From positions 46,690 through 110,689 of the IMG/VR virus record IMGVR_UViG_3300025687_000024: 64,000 nt of DNA, one strand, 5' to 3'. The number at the start of each line of letters is the position of its first letter. Within the stretch, counting starts at the first letter, position 1. The DNA is from a virus. This document shows positions 1 to 8,928 of this stretch, one piece after another. Made by a program: the position numbers and the translations under genes. Below the pieces are notes generated by a model, which was given only the letters and a program-made list of their open reading frames with translations, was not told the origin of the DNA and made no database searches.

Positions 1-31
1 CTCGATGGTCATGGCGGACTCCTGGTGGGCC

Positions 32-1924
32 TTAGCCCTTGGCGGCTCCCCAGTTCTCCACAGCGGCAGGCTCTGCCGGCAGGGGAACGGGGAGGGGTTG
101 ATCGAAGGGACGCTCCATCACGTACTGGACGTACTCCATGGCCTCGGCGTGGGTTTCCCGCGGGCCGCAGAAGACGAGCTCGTCGTGCACCTGCAGGCGC
201 AGGGTCGTACCGAGCTCGTGCACGAGGTAGGCGTCGTTGTTGAGGCGGATCATCGCTTTCTTCACGATGTCCGCAGCGCTGCCCTGGATGGGCGCGTTGA
301 TGGCCTGGTTCTCTGCGTGCCCTCGCAGGCGCCAGTTCTTGGCCTTCGCTTTGGACAGCCGCCGCAGGCGGCCACAGATGGTCTGCACGTACCCCTTCTT
401 GCGCGCGTGCTCGATCATCGAGTCCATGTAGGTCTGCACCCCGGGGTAGATGGCGAGGTACTGGTCGATGTAGCCCTGGGCCTCTTCCCGAGACACTACG
501 CGACCCAGCTTCTGCGTGAGCTGGACAGCCAGGCCCACCGAGGTGATCCCGTAGACGATACCGAAGCCGACGTTCTTGGCTCCCTGACGCATCTGGAGCG
601 CGATGGCGTCCCCGATGGCCTTGAGCGCGACGAACTCGTCGTATTCGATGCCCATCATCATCGCCGCCGTGAACGAGTGCATGTCCAGGCCTTCGTTGAT
701 GGCACGGATCATGGTCGGGTCGTTCGCGAAGCACGCGAGGATGCGCATCTCCAGCTGGGCATAGTCTGCGACGATGAGCAACTGGCTCGGGTCGTCAGGC
801 ACGAAGACGGAGCGGATGCCGTGGGGGTCGTTGTCCGGGCGAGGGACGTTCTGGAGGTTGGGGTCGGACGAGCCGAGACGGCCCGTGAGCTTCGTAGCGG
901 AGTACGTAGTGTGGATGCGCCCGTCGGCCTGAATCCACTTCGCCAGGCCCTCGGCGTAGGTGCCCTTGAGCTTCGACGCCTTTCGGTACTGCAGGATGAG
1001 CTCGCACTCCTTGACTCCCTGGCCCACGAAGTACTTCAGCGTCTTCTCGTCACAGCTCGGGTCCCCTCCGGGGGTCTTGCTTCGCGGCGTCAGGCCGAGG
1101 TCGCGGAACAGCAGTTCGCGCACCTGCTTGGTGCTGTTCGGGTTGAAAGGCTTCCCGACCATGCAGTTGAGCTCGAAGGCGACATCGTCCATCTCCCGCT
1201 GGAGAGAGACTCCCATGTGCTCGAGCCCATCCCGGTCCACGCGGATACCGCGCCGTTCCATGTCGAAGAGGCACAGCAGCTGCGGTTCTTCGGTGTCCCA
1301 GTAGTGGCTGAGCAGGGTGGTGTCGAGGTCAGGCCACAGGCGCACCTGGCCCAGCTTCTCCATGTGGTGCTCGGCCAGCTTGCGGGTCACCCACGGGTCC
1401 AGGGACGCATAGTCGAGGAACTTGGCCCAGAGGGCGTGCCCAGGCTGGACCTCGCGAGGGTCGGCCTTGCCGAACAGCTCCTTGTACTTGCCCATCGGGA
1501 TGCCGAAGTAGTCCCACGAGCACTGGTCGAGGCTGTGGCGGTTCTCCCGCGTGTCCTCGTCGTAGAGGAAGTCCCCCATGAGCGTGTCGAAGGTGTGGCC
1601 CCCCACCGCGATGCCTGCGTTGGCGAAGCGGTGGAAGTCGTACTTCATGTTGTGCATCGCCTTGACGCTGTGCTCGTTCTCCAGCACGGGGGCGAAGTGG
1701 CGCAGGTAGCGGTACGGCACCAGGTAGCGGGTGTACTCGTCCGGACTCAGGCCCGTGTACAGGGCCTGGTCCGTCATGTTGGTGTAGATGGTGGTGCTGA
1801 GGATCTGCAGGGTCTCGGTGTCGGCACCCAGCAGGGTAGCGTCCATGCAGCGCCGTACACTCTCCTCCACAGCTTCGGGGGTGTCCACATAGACGGGCGG
1901 CGGCGCCGCGGTCACGAACTCCAT
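32..1924 (-). CDS. polA: Family A DNA polymerase with 3'-5' exonuclease domain
   Basis: Exo motifs DTET, HNMKYD and YASLD; polymerase motifs DYAQLEMR, RQGAKNVGFGIVYG and QVHDEL; no 5'-3' exonuclease domain. Confidence 0.96.
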   Translation of the reverse strand: MEFVTAAPPPVYVDTPEAVEESVRRCMDATLLGADTETLQILSTTIYTNMTDQALYTGLSPDEYTRYLVPYRYLRHFAPVLENEHSVKAMHNMKYDFHRFANAGIAVGGHTFDTLMGDFLYDEDTRENRHSLDQCSWDYFGIPMGKYKELFGKADPREVQPGHALWAKFLDYASLDPWVTRKLAEHHMEKLGQVRLWPDLDTTLLSHYWDTEEPQLLCLFDMERRGIRVDRDGLEHMGVSLQREMDDVAFELNCMVGKPFNPNSTKQVRELLFRDLGLTPRSKTPGGDPSCDEKTLKYFVGQGVKECELILQYRKASKLKGTYAEGLAKWIQADGRIHTTYSATKLTGRLGSSDPNLQNVPRPDNDPHGIRSVFVPDDPSQLLIVADYAQLEMRILACFANDPTMIRAINEGLDMHSFTAAMMMGIEYDEFVALKAIGDAIALQMRQGAKNVGFGIVYGITSVGLAVQLTQKLGRVVSREEAQGYIDQYLAIYPGVQTYMDSMIEHARKKGYVQTICGRLRRLSKAKAKNWRLRGHAENQAINAPIQGSAADIVKKAMIRLNNDAYLVHELGTTLRLQVHDELVFCGPRETHAEAMEYVQYVMERPFDQPLPVPLPAEPAAVENWGAAKG

Positions 1925-3078
1925 CAGGCGACTCCTTCGAGCTGATCGGTGAGTTGTACGAGGGCCGGGAGATCTCCCATGGGGAGGTCCTCGCCGAGCA
2001 GGGCAGATAGGGTCTCGAGGGCGGTGCAGTACAGCCTGGCGTTACGCTGCATGTTCTTGACCCACCAGTCCGCGGGAGGCTCTCGGCGGTGCTGGATGTC
2101 GTCTACGCGGGCAGCGACATTCTCGAGCAGCCGGCGGTGGTTCTCCCGGTAGGCCTCGGGCGCGCGCGCCTCTATCTCCTGCACGATGTCTGCGTCGGAG
2201 ATGCCGTGCCAGCGTAGCGACGAGACGGCGACCTTCATCTCCCAGGAGATCTGCCCGTTCTCCAGGCGCAGCTTCCACGGGTTGTCCTGGTCGAAGCGCA
2301 GGGGATCGTAGGTCTCCAGGCAGGACAGCAGGCGCTCCCAGGACAGCATCTCACCTGCCCAGCAGGCGCGGGAGGCGTGCACCCACAGGGGCCTCCCGTC
2401 TGCCGACGTGGTGCCGCTGTGCGCCTTCGCGTTGCGGTCCCGTTCGGGGTGGAGGTACCCCATGACCTGGTGCTCCGGGTGGAACAGCACGAGGGGAGGT
2501 GGGGCGTCGAGCGGGGGCTCGCTGTCGTAGATCGCTTCGGGGGAGGGCACGAATACCTGGACACCCGCCGCATGCAGGTGGCGGAACACCGGAGCGCTGA
2601 TGCTCGCGTAGATCTCGCCGTCGTTGTAGACGTAGTAGAGCTCCTTGTCGCGCAGGGGAACGGGGGTGTCGCGCTCCTGCTCGGAGTCGTACACCGTCGT
2701 CATCTTGCCCGCGACGTACGCTTCGGTCATCGAAGCGTGCATGTCTCGGCGGGTGAGCACGTCGTAGCGGGGTAGGCCTGCAGTCGCGGCGGTGATGGTG
2801 GGGACGTTGTAGCCCTCGGCCATCACGGGGACGAACTTGCGGCAGTAGGGGGGAAGGAACCTGTCAGGAGTGATGCTGCTGGCGTAGATGACGCGCCAGT
2901 CAACCGGGGCATCGCCCGCCTGGGCCAGGATGTCCCTGGCGTGGGCGGGCAGCAAGCCGCTGTGCGGGAGGAGTAGGCACCACTGCGTGTTGCCCAGGTA
3001 CACCCGCCCGTCGTCGAGCTGCAGCAGCACGACGTTGTCACCCATCTGGCGGGTTGACTCCTTGCTCAAAAAGAACAC
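1924..3078 (-). CDS. Hypothetical protein
   Basis: Long ORF coupled to the pol start; true start may be the ATG near 3045. Confidence 0.7.
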   Translation of the reverse strand: MFFLSKESTRQMGDNVVLLQLDDGRVYLGNTQWCLLLPHSGLLPAHARDILAQAGDAPVDWRVIYASSITPDRFLPPYCRKFVPVMAEGYNVPTITAATAGLPRYDVLTRRDMHASMTEAYVAGKMTTVYDSEQERDTPVPLRDKELYYVYNDGEIYASISAPVFRHLHAAGVQVFVPSPEAIYDSEPPLDAPPPLVLFHPEHQVMGYLHPERDRNAKAHSGTTSADGRPLWVHASRACWAGEMLSWERLLSCLETYDPLRFDQDNPWKLRLENGQISWEMKVAVSSLRWHGISDADIVQEIEARAPEAYRENHRRLLENVAARVDDIQHRREPPADWWVKNMQRNARLYCTALETLSALLGEDLPMGDLPALVQLTDQLEGVA

Positions 3079-3253
3079 TCAGCCTCCTCTTGGGACGCAC
3101 GGCGAGGGTGTGGCACAGGCGGAGGTAGGCCTCGTAGGACCTCCTCGCCTGTGCCACGTCACCGAGCTCGAGTTGTACGAGGGTGTGCATGTGGGCCAGG
3201 GCCAAGCGGTGCCTCAAGCACCGCAGGGCGTCTGACCGCTCATGCCAGCCCAT
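3038..3253 (-). CDS. Small hypothetical protein
   Basis: Fills the gap between the SSB stop and the next gene in the same operon. Confidence 0.5.
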   Translation of the reverse strand: MGWHERSDALRCLRHRLALAHMHTLVQLELGDVAQARRSYEAYLRLCHTLAVRPKRRLSVLFEQGVNPPDG

Positions 3254-3257
3254 CTAT

Positions 3258-4448
3258 CTACTGGGGCCGGCGGAACTGCCGCTGGCCTCCGCCACCGCCC
3301 CAGGGGGCGGAGCGGGTCTGGGTCTGGGCCTGGTAGGGGTTGGGGCGCTTGAGCTGCTTGGCCTGCACGTCCAGCACGGCCGCCACGTACTCGGCGTCGG
3401 AGCTGAACTTGGAGCGGTCCACGCGCTCGGGACGGAAGCGGTGGTGCAGGTCCCAGTGCTGGAGCAGCGCCTTGAGCTCGGCGTCGTCCAGCCCGTAGCC
3501 CTGCAGGTCGTTGTGGATGTTGGAGAAGGGCTGGCTGCGGTCGAAGTTCAGCGTGGTGTACTTCCGCTGACGGCCCGAACGGTCGGTCTTGACCTCGCCC
3601 GCGCAGTTGACCTCGAGGGTCTTGTCGAACACGGTAGCCGGGACGGGGTCATGCGCCTCGCTGGCGCACATCTGGATCTCCTTGGGGTAGCCGCGCTTCC
3701 CGCACTTGGGGCACTCGTGCTCCTGCTCGATGAACTCCAGGATCTTCTCGGGGGGTTCGGTCTGCAGGTGATGCTCCTCGAACCAGGCGTGCATCTGGCA
3801 GTGGGGGCAGACGAACTCGACGGGGAACACGTCCTGACCGCAGACCTGGCCCGTGGCCTGGTCGTAGTGCAGGCAGGTCTGCCCGAGGATGTCGTTGACC
3901 GCGTACAGCTGCTGGAAGTGGGTCTTGCCCATCTCCCAGACCTTGTGCCCGCCCATGAAGCGCTCGGCGACGGAGGGGTCGTGGCTGTTGCAGAAGCGGC
4001 AGCGGTTGCGCTGGGGCAGGATCTCGTCGGACATGCAGCGCTCGAAGGCGATCTTGCCGTCGGAGCCCTTGACCCGGTGGTAGAAGCGCAGGTCGATGAC
4101 CTCGATGGCGTAGACCAGGCGCGGGTACAGCTTGTCGATGTCCTTCTGCTGCTGTTCCGTGAGGCTACCTCCGGCGTTCCGGGCCTGCTGGGCCTGGTGG
4201 AGGTAGTGGCAGTAGACGCAGTGACCCTCGAACCCGGGCCACTCGCTGGTGCAGGTACGGGGCCCGGCGCCGGGCAGCCAGTGACGCTTGAGCACGAGCA
4301 GCTCATCGTTGGCCGGCGCGAGCACGCGCACCATGCCACGCTCGCCCGCAGCGATCTTGTAGATCTCGGCCTCCCACGGATCGTAGGCCGTGGTCGGCGC
4401 GAGCTGCTCCGCCTGGCGGCGGGCATTGCGGAATGCACTCCAGCTCAT
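3258..4448 (-). CDS. Putative gp32-like single-stranded DNA-binding protein, Cys/Zn-rich
   Basis: N-terminal VRVL...HW...TC...HCVYC pattern like phage gp32-type SSBs; extra CRFC, CPHC and CPKC; lies between primase and polymerase. Confidence 0.6.
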   Translation of the reverse strand: MSWSAFRNARRQAEQLAPTTAYDPWEAEIYKIAAGERGMVRVLAPANDELLVLKRHWLPGAGPRTCTSEWPGFEGHCVYCHYLHQAQQARNAGGSLTEQQQKDIDKLYPRLVYAIEVIDLRFYHRVKGSDGKIAFERCMSDEILPQRNRCRFCNSHDPSVAERFMGGHKVWEMGKTHFQQLYAVNDILGQTCLHYDQATGQVCGQDVFPVEFVCPHCQMHAWFEEHHLQTEPPEKILEFIEQEHECPKCGKRGYPKEIQMCASEAHDPVPATVFDKTLEVNCAGEVKTDRSGRQRKYTTLNFDRSQPFSNIHNDLQGYGLDDAELKALLQHWDLHHRFRPERVDRSKFSSDAEYVAAVLDVQAKQLKRPNPYQAQTQTRSAPWGGGGGQRQFRRPQ

Positions 4449-5497
4449 GGGGTACTCCTTCTTCGACTTCGTCGTGTCCAGGCAACGCCTGGTAGGGTGG
4501 CCAGCTGACCGATGGTCTTGGCGTTTGTCACGGCAGCTGAGAGGTGAGTGGTGTCAAGGTCATCCGGGCTCGTTCCTTCGGGGGAACCGTCCGGGTAGAG
4601 GCAGACGTAGGCACGCCCACTTCGCGATAGGCGCTGTGCAATCCTTATCGCAGAACACCGCCGGTTTTTGTCCGGGTCGGGGAAGTAGACGCCCTTTCCA
4701 GGCTCGTGATCCAAGAGGACGTAGTAGGGTCCCCGGAGCCGTGTGATGAGGCGCTCCTGCTGCTTGGTCAGCGTGGAGCCCTGCAGGGCTACGGTGTGCG
4801 GGAAGCCGTGCTCTATGCACCACAGGCATCCCTTGTAGCCCTCGACGATGACCAGCGGCGGCCGCGCTCCCTCATCTGCGAAGAAGCGCGCGGCGTAGAT
4901 GCGGTCGAAGGCGTACAGGTGCTTGCGGTTGGCCCCCGTGTAGCCGGGAACGATATCGTGGAACTCCTTCTCGTAGACGTAGTAGCGAGGCTCTACCCAG
5001 TCGTCGTAGGCGCGTCCGCTGATACCCACGAGCCTCCCGAGATAGTCTCGGATGGGGAAGGTGATGCGGTCGCGGCTCGCGTCATACCCGATGAACATCT
5101 CTTGGAGGATGTCTTCGGAGAAGCCCAGGTCGAGCATCTTGAGGGGGCACTGGTTGTAGGCGCCGAGCACGTACTCGGGCAGGACGTGCCACTCCCACCC
5201 CTGCTTCCCCTCCAGCTTCCGCTGGGCCAGTTCGGGCAGGGGAGGCGGGAGCCGCAGCTCCCCGATCTCCTGCTGTACGCGCTCTCCGGAGAGGCCCAGC
5301 TTGTAGAGGAGGTGGTAGACGGACCCGCCCGCGTGGCAGGAGAAGCAGGTCCAGCTCCCTTCCTTGGTGACGTAGAGCGAGCGCGAGGCTGACTTGGACT
5401 TGTGGAACGGGCACTCTGCACGCAGGTTCCCTTCACCAGAAGGGCGCACGTTGCGCAAGTAGCGCTCTGCCAGCCTCCTGATCTTGTCCGAGAGCAT
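4445..5497 (-). CDS. dnaG: DNA primase (CHC2 zinc finger + TOPRIM)
   Basis: CPFH...CFSC zinc finger, RITFPIRD..GRLVGISGR, IVEGY, LLDHE, PDD. Confidence 0.92.
   Translation of the reverse strand: MLSDKIRRLAERYLRNVRPSGEGNLRAECPFHKSKSASRSLYVTKEGSWTCFSCHAGGSVYHLLYKLGLSGERVQQEIGELRLPPPLPELAQRKLEGKQGWEWHVLPEYVLGAYNQCPLKMLDLGFSEDILQEMFIGYDASRDRITFPIRDYLGRLVGISGRAYDDWVEPRYYVYEKEFHDIVPGYTGANRKHLYAFDRIYAARFFADEGARPPLVIVEGYKGCLWCIEHGFPHTVALQGSTLTKQQERLITRLRGPYYVLLDHEPGKGVYFPDPDKNRRCSAIRIAQRLSRSGRAYVCLYPDGSPEGTSPDDLDTTHLSAAVTNAKTIGQLATLPGVAWTRRSRRRSTP
4643..4656 (-). promoter_or_regulatory. TTC-N4-ATAAG motif inside the primase 3' end, upstream of the SSB gene
   Basis: Minus strand reads GTTCTGCGATAAGG, about 195 nt before the SSB start. 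Confidence 0.4.
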
Positions 5498-5506
5498 CGG
5501 CTTCGG

Positions 5507-6859
5507 CTATCCTCCAGTCGGCCGGCGAGGGGGCTTGAAGCTGCTCAGGTCCACCTTCGTGGGAATGTCCCCAGCGGGGGCGGCCCCTGTGCGCTTCTTG
5601 CTCTGCTCGGCAGACGTTTCGTTGGCGTTGTACTCTTCGACCCACGAGGTGTTGTCGGCTACGGCCTGGCCGAAGCCGTCACACAGGCGAGCGCTGATGG
5701 TGAGGGAGATCTCCTCGTTCATGCCACGAGCGGCGTTGGGGATGAGGGCGAGGAGGTCCTGTTGCTTGTTGCAGATGATGCGCAGCGCGAGGTCCACCTT
5801 GCGGGCGATGTGGTCCGACCAGGCGTGCTCCACCGAGCTGCGCCCACGGGTCTTGTCCCCTTCCCGGTTGGCGTGCCCGCAGATGATAGCCGGCAGCTTC
5901 GCCTTGGAGATCAGGTAGGCCTTGAGCATGTCGATGGTGCGCGCCACGTAGACGTGCTCGCGTGCGTTGGACTTCTCGGCCATCGCATCGTCGGCCATCG
6001 CCTTCCAGTAGTCGTGGATGATGATGTGCGGCTTGACGTCCTCGACCTTGCCCTTGAACCCGCTCAGCCCACCTTCGACATCGGTGAAGATGAGCTTGCC
6101 TCGCGTCCGGAGGTCGCGGAGGAGCTGCTCTATGCGCTGCATCCCAGCGGGCGAGACGTCTCCCTTGAGCAGGCGCCCGTAGTCGAACTGCCCTCGGATA
6201 GCGATGACACGCCACTCCAGCTCTTCGGCGGTCATCTCCCGCGTGAAGAAGAGCACACGGAGGCCGAGAGCCTCATAGAACAGGGCGAGGAACAGCAGGA
6301 GGAAGGTCTTCCGGGTCTTGTGTCTCCCGTAGATGTAGATGAGGTTGCCAGGACAGAGCCCGGCCGAGTTGTTGTTGAACAGGTCCCAGGGCCAGGGGTA
6401 GCCCAGGAGGCCTTGCCCGGTCTGGAGACGCTCGAGCTTCTTGAAGATGGCGTCCGGATCGGACCCGACCACGAGGTCCGTGCGTCCCCGTTGGTTGAGT
6501 AGGTTGATCCGATCGGCAGCGTCCACCAGGAACTTCTTGGCTGCCCAGGGATCGCCTACGTTGACCTCTGCCGTGCGGTGCAGAGCGTCGTCGATCTCGG
6601 AGCCGAGCTTGTAGGTCTGGAGCTCAGCGATGATGGCCGAGAGGCCGTCGGACGGGGTGTGGTGCTGGTAGGTGGGGCAGAGTCCCTGGAAGTAGGGGAC
6701 GGACGGCACTTCGTGGTGGTTCTCGTAGTGCTCGGTGATCACGTCCCAGAACAGCTTGGCTTCGTCGCCGAGCAGCGAGGGATGCGCCCCCGCTTTCAGC
6801 GCCTCCGCCAAGTCTCTACTTTCCAGCACTGCTGCGACCAGCGCCAGATCGAGGTTCAT
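5507..6859 (-). CDS. dnaB: DnaB-like (SF4) replicative helicase
   Basis: Variant Walker A YGRHKTRKT, FFTREMT, Walker B IIIHDY, HANR; adjacent to primase. Confidence 0.85.
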   Translation of the reverse strand: MNLDLALVAAVLESRDLAEALKAGAHPSLLGDEAKLFWDVITEHYENHHEVPSVPYFQGLCPTYQHHTPSDGLSAIIAELQTYKLGSEIDDALHRTAEVNVGDPWAAKKFLVDAADRINLLNQRGRTDLVVGSDPDAIFKKLERLQTGQGLLGYPWPWDLFNNNSAGLCPGNLIYIYGRHKTRKTFLLLFLALFYEALGLRVLFFTREMTAEELEWRVIAIRGQFDYGRLLKGDVSPAGMQRIEQLLRDLRTRGKLIFTDVEGGLSGFKGKVEDVKPHIIIHDYWKAMADDAMAEKSNAREHVYVARTIDMLKAYLISKAKLPAIICGHANREGDKTRGRSSVEHAWSDHIARKVDLALRIICNKQQDLLALIPNAARGMNEEISLTISARLCDGFGQAVADNTSWVEEYNANETSAEQSKKRTGAAPAGDIPTKVDLSSFKPPRRPTGG

Positions 6860-6941
6860 GCCTCCTCCGCGTACTGGACCCTCCCTGCTCTGCGCCGCAG
6901 GGGGTCCGCTGCTTCAGGTGAAGTGAGTGCGCAGCTCGCTG

Positions 6942-6970
6942 ACTCTAGAGGGCTGGGAGGAGACCGTCAA
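6942..6970 (-). promoter_or_regulatory. Sigma70-like promoter upstream of the helicase
   Basis: TTGACG-17 nt-TAGAGT on the minus strand in the intergenic gap. Confidence 0.55.
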
Positions 6971-6972
6971 CC

Positions 6973-7287
6973 CTATCCCGCAAAGGAGAGCCCCCCGCTG
7001 GGCTGCGGCGGTTCATCGAAGGGGTCGTCGTCGAGGGGCCGGTGGGCCGGCGGCGGGGTGTGCCGCGTCAGGTGTGCGGCCACGTCGTCCTCGATGGACT
7101 CCTTGAGGGCGTGCAGGATCTGCAGGGACCGCTCGCTCCATGCCCCGTAGGTGAGGAAGGAGACGGTGTTGCCGTTTGGGTCCATGAAGGACATCTTGGC
7201 GAGGGGGTTGAGCCCGCCGATGAAGCGAACGCGAAGCTCGCCCACCACGACGTGCGCGATGTCGTTGTTGGGGGGAATCTGGGCCAT
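6973..7287 (-). CDS. Hypothetical protein (MAQIPPNN...)
   Basis: GGAGG RBS before ATG 7287; follows the stop of the 7289 gene. Confidence 0.7.
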   Translation of the reverse strand: MAQIPPNNDIAHVVVGELRVRFIGGLNPLAKMSFMDPNGNTVSFLTYGAWSERSLQILHALKESIEDDVAAHLTRHTPPPAHRPLDDDPFDEPPQPSGGLSFAG

Positions 7288-7288
7288 G

Positions 7289-7657
7289 TCAGCCTCCGCT
7301 GGAAGCGATGTCCGGGAAGAACTCGGCGACGATCTCGTCGCGCCGAGCGTGCAGCTCCGACTTGACGAAGTCCACGCAGTCTTGAAGGGCCGCGCGCTTC
7401 TCTGGCTCGGTAATCCCGCAAGGGACCGTGCACCAGGCCGTGACCTCGACCTTCTCTCGGGAGAACTCGGTCGAGGTGCCGATAGCGATGGAGATGCCGA
7501 CGCTGGCAGGGTGCGGGGGGAGCGCCTTTCGCGGGTCGAGCGGAGGCGCCTCGGTCGGGCGAGCGATCTGGTGAGGAGGGGAGCCCGGGCGCCGGGCCGT
7601 GGCCACGGAGCCGCGCTTGCCCGAGTCGGGCGGGCGGCGGAACGGAGAGTCACTCAT
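7289..7657 (-). CDS. Hypothetical protein
   Basis: Tightly packed ORF in the operon. Confidence 0.7.
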   Translation of the reverse strand: MSDSPFRRPPDSGKRGSVATARRPGSPPHQIARPTEAPPLDPRKALPPHPASVGISIAIGTSTEFSREKVEVTAWCTVPCGITEPEKRAALQDCVDFVKSELHARRDEIVAEFFPDIASSGG

Positions 7658-8216
7658 CGGAGAGCTCCTTGATACGGATCTGAGGGTGCTTGCGGCGCGA
7701 GGTGCGCTTGAAGGGGGCGACGACGTCTTCCGTCAGGTCGCCCTGGGCCACGAGGCGGTCCACCAGGTCGGCGTCGATGACCTGGCGCACTACGGGGTCG
7801 CCGTCCACCTCGAGCGTGCGCAGCTCGGGGCACTGGACGAGCAGGCCGTCCGAGTAGGAGCTGTCCACCTGGATGCGCGACGAGGTGACCTGCCACGGGG
7901 TGTTGTCAGCCTCGAGGCGGAGGCCTGCGGCCAGGTCGGTGTCCGGGAGGGCGCGGATGTTCTCCTTGATGCGCTCTTCGGTGGCTGCGATCTCTTCGGT
8001 CACGGTGTCGAGGTCCTGGTAGGTGTCCAGTTCCTGCTCGCGCAGAAGGAGCTGCTCTTGAGCGATCTGGCCCTCGAGCAGGGAGATGTGATCGCGGAGC
8101 TCGCGCACCTTCGCCGCTCTGGCGTTGTCCTCCAGGTACTCCTCGATGTCGCGCCGTCTGCGGTGCAGCTTGGCGAGGGCCTGTAGGTCGTGTTCGATGG
8201 AAGTGGTGTCCGGCAC
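7650..8216 (-). CDS. Hypothetical coiled-coil protein
   Basis: Heptad-like, E/L/R-rich N-half; packed in the operon. Confidence 0.7.
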   Translation of the reverse strand: MPDTTSIEHDLQALAKLHRRRRDIEEYLEDNARAAKVRELRDHISLLEGQIAQEQLLLREQELDTYQDLDTVTEEIAATEERIKENIRALPDTDLAAGLRLEADNTPWQVTSSRIQVDSSYSDGLLVQCPELRTLEVDGDPVVRQVIDADLVDRLVAQGDLTEDVVAPFKRTSRRKHPQIRIKELSDE

Positions 8217-8217
8217 G

Positions 8218-8928
8218 TCACTCTCCTCGGGTGGGCAGGGTGGCCCCGGTGTAGATGTGGTGGTACATGTCGGCGGTCTGGAACGCCTTGAGCCAGGTAC
8301 GGAAGGCGTGGTGGCGGTCGCTCCCGTGCTCCATGGCAGCGTTCTCGGGGCGCAGCAGGTACTGCATGGGGAAGCTCACGTAGGCCGTGCGCTTCACGAG
8401 CGTGCATTGGCCCTGCGTGTAGGCGTCGTAGGTGGGTACCGTCGGGTTGCGCGCCATGGAGGTGACGCTGGGGCGCACCTTGAGGAGCGCCTTGATGGCC
8501 GTGTTCCCGAGCACCAGGAGGACGTAGGGGTCGATGATCTCGATGACCCGGTGCAGCCGTGCCTGGCAGGCCTGCACCTCTTCCTTGGCCGCGGGCCTGT
8601 GCCGCAGGTAGCCGTCGTCCTCTGCGCGGGTGGCGCGGCAGCCTACGGCCTTGAGCAGGAACACCTCCGCTCGGCTGGAGTGCACGCCGGCGAGGTAGCT
8701 GTCGAGCAGGGCACCGTCGTTCCCGCTGAAGATCTTGCCCGAGGCGTCCTCGTGCTCGTCGGGAGCCTCGTCGATGATGACGACCTTCGCATCGGGGTTG
8801 CCGCTGCCGAAGACCATGTGACGTCGGTCGCGGCCTTCCGGGTGGGCCAGTGCGCACAGCTCGCAGGCAGCGTACTCTTCCCAGAGGGCCATGAGGAGGT
8901 CTTGCTTCTCCTGGGTGGGCATGGTCAT
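8218..8928 (-). CDS. Family-4 uracil-DNA glycosylase-like protein (Fe-S cysteines kept, catalytic motifs altered)
   Basis: CELCAL, VFGSGNPDAKVVIIDEAP, GCR, E..AC, LVLGNTA, YLLR. Real start is ATG 8928, inside track ORF 8218..9600. Confidence 0.85.
   Translation of the reverse strand: MTMPTQEKQDLLMALWEEYAACELCALAHPEGRDRRHMVFGSGNPDAKVVIIDEAPDEHEDASGKIFSGNDGALLDSYLAGVHSSRAEVFLLKAVGCRATRAEDDGYLRHRPAAKEEVQACQARLHRVIEIIDPYVLLVLGNTAIKALLKVRPSVTSMARNPTVPTYDAYTQGQCTLVKRTAYVSFPMQYLLRPENAAMEHGSDRHHAFRTWLKAFQTADMYHHIYTGATLPTRGE

Noticed and set aside
5-1945. Long ORFs antisense to real genes (5..1945, 15519..18464, 25099..27168, 36914..39559, 45529..49245 and others)
   Set aside because: They mirror well-supported genes, have no motifs, and are expected from strong GC3 codon bias.
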